DNA of 64,000 nucleotides from a virus (Duplodnaviria; Caudoviricetes): IMG/VR virus record IMGVR_UViG_3300042375_000420, positions 381 to 64,380 of that record; one strand, 5' to 3'. Shown piece by piece: positions 57,986 to 64,000 of this stretch (position 1 is its first letter; each line of letters starts with the position of its first letter). The notes under the pieces were generated by a model. It saw only the letters and a program-made list of their open reading frames with translations, ran no database searches and was not told where the DNA came from. The position numbers and the translations under genes were made by a program.

Positions 57986-59740
57986 TTATACTAATCTTAT
58001 ACGCAGTATCCCTGCATTATGGTATATTGCATCAACAGGAACTCCTCCTAATGCTGCTGCAGCATCATCTACAAAATTTAGATTTCTGACTTCTGGCAAA
58101 GATAGATCTCCCCTAAGTTCAGTTAATGTAGTAAAGTTATTTCCTATTACAGTTGTATTAGAACCTAATCCTCTAGCATCTGCCCCAATAACTATGCAAT
58201 TAGAGGCACCTGGTCCAATTATTCTACAGTCTCTACCAATTCCAATATTATCATCACCAAAATTTTCTTGGTTAAGTGCATTATACCCAATAGCTATATT
58301 ATTATCCCCACTTTGATTACTTGCAAATGCAGAAGCTCCAACTGCTACATTTTGAATTCCAAGACCAATCTTACTAAGAGCATTGTATCCAAGTGCAGTA
58401 TTAAAATTTCCTCTAACAGTATAAAGAGCAAAAATTCCAACTCCAGTATTACCTGTTGAATTATAAGCTCTTTCAAGGGCAGAAGTACCTAATGCTGTAT
58501 TACTATTTCCTGCAATAAGAGTATCTCCCATAGCCATCTTTCCAACTGCTGTATTTGAACTACCTGTAGTATTTTTTCTAAGGGCATCTGTTCCAATAGC
58601 AGTGTTGTCAAATCCACCAATAATTTCTTTAAGAGCATCTTTTCCAATTGCAGTATTGTCATATCCTGTTTTATTTTCACTAAGAGCTCCTTTTCCTACT
58701 GCTGTGTTATTTGATGCAACATTTTCTTTAAGTGCTTTTAGTCCAACAGCTGTATTACCCTCACCTATAATGTTACTATTAAGTGCAAGTGCTCCTACTG
58801 CTGTATTTTCAGTCCCAGTAGTATTTACTTGTAAAGAACCATGTCCTATGGCTGTATTTTCATTAGCTAGATTTTGTTTAAGAGACCCTTCACCAACAGC
58901 TGTATTTCTAATACCTGTAATGTTATTTCTAAGTGCTTGACTTCCTATAGCTGTATTTTCAACTCCTGTAGTGTTATGAAGTAATACTCTATAACCAATA
59001 GCAGTATTAGTAATACTATCTCCTTCTCCTCTTCCAACAAATATATTATTTACTATTATATCTTTAATAAATGTTTTAATGCCATCAATAATTTCATCTC
59101 CTGTTTTGTGTACTAAATTCTCATCTAAAGCAATAGTTCCATTATCATTAGGTAGTTGATATGTACAACTTGAATTTATGTTATCCATACGAAACACTGC
59201 TCTGTTTTCACTTCCTGAAGTTGCTAGTTGAATGTAAGGTAACCCATCTTCATCAGTAGCTAAAAGAACACTTCCAGTTTCATTATCAGCACTACTAACA
59301 ACAATATACTTTGAATCTCCAATTATTATTACATCTTCTAGAAATGTCTTAATACCATCAATTGTTTCATTACCTGTCTTATGAACTACATCAGCATCAA
59401 GAGCATACTGAGATAAATCAGGTTTGTTTCTAATAAAAGCTCTACCTGTAGTAGCATTCCAATTAGATTGTTCTTCTAACAATAAATGTCCTTCTCCTAA
59501 GTCTGTCCAATAACAGTCATTAGTAGGAGGATAAGTATTATCATCTATAAGACTTTCATATACATGACCTTCAAACCATACAAAACATCCTAAGATATAT
59601 GGATTACCTGTTGCCACAGAATGGTTTAAAGACCACTCAGTAGCTGCCAAAGGACTATCCAAATCACTTTTTCTTATTAGACATTTTATTTGTTCTAATA
59701 ACCAATTAATGTCTTTTCTTATTTTTTGTATTTCTAACAT
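57986..59740 (-). CDS. Tail fibre with YadA-head-like NTAxG repeats
   Basis: Many 13-14-aa N-[TI]-A-[IVL]-G-xx-AL repeats; QSNWN...FIRNKP; duplicated VHKTG(N/D)ExIDGIKTF. Confidence 0.75.
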   Translation of the reverse strand: MLEIQKIRKDINWLLEQIKCLIRKSDLDSPLAATEWSLNHSVATGNPYILGCFVWFEGHVYESLIDDNTYPPTNDCYWTDLGEGHLLLEEQSNWNATTGRAFIRNKPDLSQYALDADVVHKTGNETIDGIKTFLEDVIIIGDSKYIVVSSADNETGSVLLATDEDGLPYIQLATSGSENRAVFRMDNINSSCTYQLPNDNGTIALDENLVHKTGDEIIDGIKTFIKDIIVNNIFVGRGEGDSITNTAIGYRVLLHNTTGVENTAIGSQALRNNITGIRNTAVGEGSLKQNLANENTAIGHGSLQVNTTGTENTAVGALALNSNIIGEGNTAVGLKALKENVASNNTAVGKGALSENKTGYDNTAIGKDALKEIIGGFDNTAIGTDALRKNTTGSSNTAVGKMAMGDTLIAGNSNTALGTSALERAYNSTGNTGVGIFALYTVRGNFNTALGYNALSKIGLGIQNVAVGASAFASNQSGDNNIAIGYNALNQENFGDDNIGIGRDCRIIGPGASNCIVIGADARGLGSNTTVIGNNFTTLTELRGDLSLPEVRNLNFVDDAAAALGGVPVDAIYHNAGILRIRLV

Positions 59741-59751
59741 GGTCTAAAATA

Positions 59752-60348
59752 TTATTTTGTTAAATCAAATAATAACATACACTTATCATTATAATTAGGG
59801 TATCCTTCTTGACAATCTTCATTTATTAAATAGATTGGATTCAGATAGAAAGGTGCAATCATTAGATTAATACATTTCCAACCTCCATCTACTATATCTG
59901 GATTCTGATCCCACTTAGTAAAACTAGTTACTAACAGATACTTACTACCACTTTTTTTAATGTTTTCTAAAGCTTTTAAGACATTTGCATTACTTAAGTG
60001 CCCTAGGCAATCTCTAACAAAAATTAAGTCTGCTCTAGGCAACTCATCTTCAATTAAATTTAATACTGTAAAAGCCTTATCAGAGTATTTATTATTATTG
60101 CTTTCTATTAGTTGTTCAACTATATCAGCTCCTACATAATCAATCTCACTTAAATCTACTTCCTTCATCCAATTAAAATCTCCACAAGGAATGTCTAACA
60201 TAGATTGTATTTTATATTTCTTTAGAAGCACTGATAACTCTTGTCTTAGAGTCTCTGTATTTCTTAACTCTGAACCTGAACCACTTTTACTTTCAGCAGA
60301 TGCCCAAAGATTATCAGTGTAGATTTTTGTAAAAGTTTCTTTTACCAT
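59752..60348 (-). CDS. Class I SAM-dependent methyltransferase
   Basis: SGSGS, MLDIPCGDFNW, YVGADIV, DLIFVRDCLGHL. Confidence 0.85.
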   Translation of the reverse strand: MVKETFTKIYTDNLWASAESKSGSGSELRNTETLRQELSVLLKKYKIQSMLDIPCGDFNWMKEVDLSEIDYVGADIVEQLIESNNNKYSDKAFTVLNLIEDELPRADLIFVRDCLGHLSNANVLKALENIKKSGSKYLLVTSFTKWDQNPDIVDGGWKCINLMIAPFYLNPIYLINEDCQEGYPNYNDKCMLLFDLTK

Positions 60349-60349
60349 A

Positions 60350-61276
60350 TTATATCAGTATTGTTTGTTTTCCTGTTTCTTGAACTTCACTCCAATAATA
60401 TGAACTAGATCTATTTGTATCTACATTTAGACTCTTATTATAAGGTAACTCATTTATGTAATTACCTTTAAAGAATAAATCTATGTCTGATGAAGAAACT
60501 CCTGCATTGTGAAGTATCCAGTATTTTTCTATTGAGGAGATAGGGTCTGTACTCCAACCAAAATTAAGTCTAGAATCCACTTTTGTTTCATAGCCTTTTA
60601 ACCAAGTATTCCAAAGAATAGACCACATTCCTGCTGTCCATTTTTGGATTGGAAAATCTCCTTCATACTTTTTGATGTAGAGATTTTCAGTATGACAAAA
60701 GTAAGAATAAAGTTTGACACTATCACTCTCTACTTTGTCCCAAAATTCAAAAGATTCTCCAATAGTTATATATTGAGCTCCTCCTGAATTACTGTTCATT
60801 AGTTTAGGTACTAACTTATCTATACCTATAATTTCACACATATCTTCATAAATCTGATTACCTTTTTGTTGTATGTAATCATAGTTGATGTATGAGTTAG
60901 TATCACTTAAGTACCAAACTTTACCTGGCATTGCCCAATCTACTTCAGGTGGCCTTGTAAAAATTATATCACTATCATGAAGAAACAACCTTTGACCTAT
61001 TAAGTCTGGGTTTGCTTTCATGTGGTTACTCATAAGATTAAAATAGATAGAAGGAATATAACTTTTATCTACTCTAGTATCATTATAAAAAAAGAACCTA
61101 ACTGTATTGTAATGATTTTGTAACTTTTTCCATTCTTCAGGAATTACATTATCATCTATTGCACAAAGGATGTCAATCTTATTAGGGTTAACACCCTGTT
61201 TTTTAAAATTATTTATTACTACTTCTACCTGCCAAGTATAAAAATTATTTGCAGGTTGTGCACAAATATATCTCAT
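60350..61276 (-). CDS. GT-A fold glycosyltransferase, putative protein O-glycosyltransferase
   Basis: YTWQ N-terminal motif, LFLHDSDIIF (DxD), GGAQY, KWTAGMW, ILHNAG. Confidence 0.7.
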   Translation of the reverse strand: MRYICAQPANNFYTWQVEVVINNFKKQGVNPNKIDILCAIDDNVIPEEWKKLQNHYNTVRFFFYNDTRVDKSYIPSIYFNLMSNHMKANPDLIGQRLFLHDSDIIFTRPPEVDWAMPGKVWYLSDTNSYINYDYIQQKGNQIYEDMCEIIGIDKLVPKLMNSNSGGAQYITIGESFEFWDKVESDSVKLYSYFCHTENLYIKKYEGDFPIQKWTAGMWSILWNTWLKGYETKVDSRLNFGWSTDPISSIEKYWILHNAGVSSSDIDLFFKGNYINELPYNKSLNVDTNRSSSYYWSEVQETGKQTILI

Positions 61277-61297
61277 AAATTAATTATTTTACATTTA

Positions 61298-61975
61298 TTA
61301 TTGTACCCAATTTACTCCAGCTTCACTTCCTCCTCCTGCTCCTCCACTATACTGAATAGTTAATGTCCAACTATAGACACCTGCAGGAAATGTCATAGTT
61401 GGTGAGTATGCATTTCCTGAATTTGGAGACACTAACTCTACATATCTACTTAGGCCACCACCACCTCCTATATTAAAATCATTAGAAACAGATCCTAGAA
61501 GTTCACTAGGCAGGTACACATAAGCCGTAAAAGTAGCAGGACTTCCTATTATTTCCACAGTCCCAGTTAATTGGTAACCCCCATCAGAAATTCCTCCATA
61601 AGCAGGAAGTTCATCTCCAAAAAACTCTACTGAATTAAAAGGAGCTTCTGTAGTTGTAGTAGTAGTACTTGTAGTTGTTGTACTAGTAGTAGGTGCCACT
61701 GTAGTTGTAGTAGTACTAGTAGTTGTAGTACTGGTTGTACTAGTAGTAGTAGTTCCTCCTGTAATAGTCAAGTTTATCCCATTGGTACATACTCCTAAAG
61801 ACCTTACCTGTATTGTAGTTGCTCCTGCAGGAACTAATGTACTAGTATATCCTGCTACTAAGTTTCCTTTATTTACATTAGTCTCAAATGGGACTGCATA
61901 ACCATCTACATTTGAGTAGAGGTTAAAAGGACCTGTAGAAGTTCCTGCTGTTGTCAATGTGATTAAAACTGTCAT
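61298..61975 (-). CDS. Mucin-like Thr-rich virion protein (small beta domain - poly-Thr stalk - beta domain)
   Basis: MTVLITLTTAG...VRSLGVCTN domain followed by a ~35-residue Thr/Ser tract. Confidence 0.7.
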   Translation of the reverse strand: MTVLITLTTAGTSTGPFNLYSNVDGYAVPFETNVNKGNLVAGYTSTLVPAGATTIQVRSLGVCTNGINLTITGGTTTTSTTSTTTTSTTTTTVAPTTSTTTTSTTTTTTEAPFNSVEFFGDELPAYGGISDGGYQLTGTVEIIGSPATFTAYVYLPSELLGSVSNDFNIGGGGGLSRYVELVSPNSGNAYSPTMTFPAGVYSWTLTIQYSGGAGGGSEAGVNWVQ

Positions 61976-62012
61976 TTTAGTTTGATTTTATAATATTTAT
62001 AAAAATTCATTA

Positions 62013-62615
62013 TTAACATCCTACTGGAGTATTAAAATTACCTGTAGCATTATCAAAGTATCTAGATATGATTCCATTTGAGTACCACCCAGAACTTGCT
62101 CTTTGTGTACAAATAGGGGTTTGATTAAGACCATCAGTACTTGCAAAACTACTGCCATCAAAAGTATAATAAGTGGATCTATTAGCAGGAGTAGCAAATT
62201 TAGTACAAGCATCTCCTGAACTAGTTCCTTGAGCTAATACTATTGAACTGGTAATATTACATCCATTAGGTTGACTAACTGCTGTCCCATTTAATGAACA
62301 ATCTAAAGTAGGAGGAACAGTTGTAGTAGTAGTAGTGGTTGTTGTTGTAGTGGTAGTAGTAGTTGTACTTGTTGTTGTTGAGGTAGTTGTTGTTATACCT
62401 GTAACAGTTACATATATAGAATTAGTACAAACCCCTAAAGATTTTACTTGTATCATAGTTGTCCCTTCAGGTACTGCACTACTAGTGTACCCTGCCAATA
62501 AAGTTGCTTTAGATACATTAGTTGCAAAAGGAATTGTATAACCATTTGCATTTGAGTATAAATCAAAGAAACCTAATGAAGTTCCTGCTGTTGTAAGTGT
62601 TATTAAGACTGTCAT
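62013..62615 (-). CDS. Mucin-like Thr-rich virion protein, paralogue of 61298-61975
   Basis: Near-identical N-domain (MTVLITLTTAGTS...VKSLGVCTN) fixes the start at 62615; poly-Thr tract; Cys-containing C-domain. Confidence 0.7.
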   Translation of the reverse strand: MTVLITLTTAGTSLGFFDLYSNANGYTIPFATNVSKATLLAGYTSSAVPEGTTMIQVKSLGVCTNSIYVTVTGITTTTSTTTSTTTTTTTTTTTTTTTTVPPTLDCSLNGTAVSQPNGCNITSSIVLAQGTSSGDACTKFATPANRSTYYTFDGSSFASTDGLNQTPICTQRASSGWYSNGIISRYFDNATGNFNTPVGC

Positions 62616-62647
62616 AATATCTAGTATTAGTTTATTTAATATTTTTA

Positions 62648-63910
62648 TTAGTTTATATTGATAGCTAAACAATCTAAAGTATTTACAGATGTAATAACAC
62701 CTAAAGCATTAATACGAGAAGTACTCTCTAGACCTGGAGTTATATTAATATATGCAGTGATTATATAGTATAAATTTGGATTACCTACAAAAGGAGTACC
62801 ATTAGTATTGTAAACTATACTGCCTACAACATAAACAGGTCCTGCTGTTCCTACTCCACCTGTATTTCCTGCATTACTTGTATAGTTATTACAAGCTAAT
62901 TGAGCTGTAGTATATCCTTGAGTTATAACAGATAATTGTGTACCTTCAGGTATTGGGGAAACTGTTGTAGTAGTAGTACTTGTACTAGTTGTTGTACTTG
63001 AAGTAGTAGGAGCTACAGTTGTTGGTGCTACAGTAGTTGTTGGTGCAGTTGTAGGAGTAGTAGTAGGGGCTGCTGTAGTAGGAGTTGTTACTAATGCTGC
63101 TGTACCTGCTAAATTACAAGAAGGTGCTGCAGTAGTGGTAGTAGTACTCGTTGTTGTTGTACTAGTGCTTGTAGTACTAGTACTAGTACTAGTGCTTGTA
63201 GTAGGTGCCAAAGTTGTAATAGGTGCAACAGTAGTTGTTGTAGTCATGAATAAAGGGTCTGTAGGTATAATACCTAACTTTCTCATACATGCTGCTATCT
63301 TATCAAACTTATATTTTTCTGTAACATAAGCCTTCTCTTGTACATCTATAGCTAAAAACTTATCTTGATAATAAAAACCTAAGTAATAAAAACTTATTAG
63401 TCTTAACATCACTTCTTTTGTCTCTACATTTCCATATACTTTTTCATGTAATAAACTACATAAAACTTGTTCACTAAATAAACAAATAGAATCTTGAGTT
63501 GTTTGATTTATGTATCCTTGATAGACAGGATAATTAAGAGTATTAAAAGCTTCAGCTTTCATAAATGTACCAAGATAATCTTCACATTGGTTACACTCTT
63601 CACAATCATTACACTTACTACATCCACATATAATTGCTTCTACCATACTAATAAAAGAAGTAAGTAGATTATTATAATATTTAATTATAATAGGAATACC
63701 TGTTTCAGTAGAAGAAGCTAAGTAAACAGAGTATTTTCCATCTACTACAAAGTTTAAGATTGTAGTCTGTCCAGGTAAGATTGTACCTGTTTTTATTTCA
63801 GTAGTTGCTTCACAAGTCACTTTACTTACTGAGTAAGTAAGAGTCACACTTCCATTATTTTTAAGTGTGTATGTGTCTTTGTATTTTAAGTATGTGTAAT
63901 TCAAAGCCAT
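62648..63910 (-). CDS. Structural protein with Cys-rich cluster and long mucin-like Thr/Pro tract
   Basis: CGCSKCNDCEECNQC; ~95-residue Thr/Ser/Ala/Pro-rich region; C-terminal beta domain. Confidence 0.65.
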   Translation of the reverse strand: MALNYTYLKYKDTYTLKNNGSVTLTYSVSKVTCEATTEIKTGTILPGQTTILNFVVDGKYSVYLASSTETGIPIIIKYYNNLLTSFISMVEAIICGCSKCNDCEECNQCEDYLGTFMKAEAFNTLNYPVYQGYINQTTQDSICLFSEQVLCSLLHEKVYGNVETKEVMLRLISFYYLGFYYQDKFLAIDVQEKAYVTEKYKFDKIAACMRKLGIIPTDPLFMTTTTTVAPITTLAPTTSTSTSTSTTSTSTTTTSTTTTTAAPSCNLAGTAALVTTPTTAAPTTTPTTAPTTTVAPTTVAPTTSSTTTSTSTTTTTVSPIPEGTQLSVITQGYTTAQLACNNYTSNAGNTGGVGTAGPVYVVGSIVYNTNGTPFVGNPNLYYIITAYINITPGLESTSRINALGVITSVNTLDCLAININ

Positions 63911-63929
63911 GGGAAAGTGTTTTAAGTGT

Positions 63930-63937
63930 CAAATATA
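63930..63937 (-). promoter_or_regulatory. Bacteroidota -7 element (TATATTTG)
   Basis: TAnnTTTG match 19 nt upstream of ATG 63910, just after a terminator. Confidence 0.55.
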
Positions 63938-63938
63938 C

Positions 63939-63977
63939 AAAATAAAAAAAACATCTCTATAGAAATAGAGATGTTTT
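63939..63977 (-). terminator. Intrinsic terminator of an upstream (off-window) minus-strand gene
   Basis: AAAACATCTCTAT-agaa-ATAGAGATGTTTT 13-bp stem; the + strand A-run gives a U-tract on the - strand. Confidence 0.75.
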
Positions 63978-64000
63978 ATTAAATAGCTTTATTTTAAGTT

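Noticed and set aside
59752-60348. DNA methyltransferase explaining the CpG loss
   Set aside because: No catalytic PC/ENV or DPPY/NPPY motifs (the PC here is in the SAM-binding loop); it resembles small-molecule/glycan methyltransferases and sits beside a glycosyltransferase
62616-62672. ORF-track N-terminal extension of the second Thr-rich protein
   Set aside because: Paralogue alignment places the start at ATG 62615 (MTVLITLTTAG)
61650-63245. GTA/GTT triplet arrays as CRISPR or non-coding satellite
   Set aside because: They are in-frame Thr/Ser codons with no repeat-spacer structure
2165-63329. Many short antisense or nested ORFs in the ORF track (e.g. 2479-2712 -, 29172-29480 +, 43442-43861 +, 57891-58316 +, 62335-62541 +, 63135-63329 +)
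   Set aside because: They lie opposite or inside long motif-bearing genes and break the strand organisation; the poly-Val ones are just the reverse complement of poly-Thr codons
1-64000. Stop-codon reassignment as in some crAss-like phages
   Set aside because: Genes up to 13.9 kb are open in code 11, and TAA, TAG and TGA all end genes at tight junctions
1-64000. tRNA/rRNA genes, introns, inteins, integrase, transposase
   Set aside because: Intergenic gaps are short and AT-rich, and no cloverleaf, splicing or recombinase motifs were recognised by eye; tRNAscan/Infernal were not run

Overview
AT-rich (roughly one-third GC), densely coding 64-kb segment of a large lytic crAss-like (Crassvirales-type, podovirus-like) phage of a Bacteroidota host, probably Flavobacteriia. 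Standard genetic code; Bacteroidota-type TAnnTTTG promoter elements. Two converging blocks meet at a bidirectional terminator near 18.4 kb. The + strand block (1-18.4 kb) is the replication/middle module: DnaB helicase, AAA ATPase, putative SSB, primase, degenerate uracil-DNA glycosylase, resolvase, RecE-like exonuclease, two MazG-fold proteins, SplB-like radical SAM, GroES and ATP-dependent ligase. The - strand block (18.5-63.9 kb) is the virion module: 4646-aa virion RNA polymerase, other ejected/cargo proteins, tail muzzle, ring proteins, HU/IHF-like protein, variable fibres and holin. Highlights: (1) a complete phage-encoded ubiquitin-like conjugation cassette (Ubl precursor - E2-like - JAB/JAMM - E1/ThiF - unknown acidic protein) at 5.2-10.1 kb; (2) three mucin-like poly-Thr proteins directly upstream of a GT-A glycosyltransferase and a SAM methyltransferase at 59.7-63.9 kb, suggesting virion O-glycosylation; (3) near-absence of the CpG dinucleotide across the window; (4) a catalytically dead UDG, a bL12-CTD-like protein, a vWA/MIDAS insertion in the muzzle and a possible polyprotein architecture of the vRNAP. 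All functional calls come from motif recognition by eye; no database searches were run.
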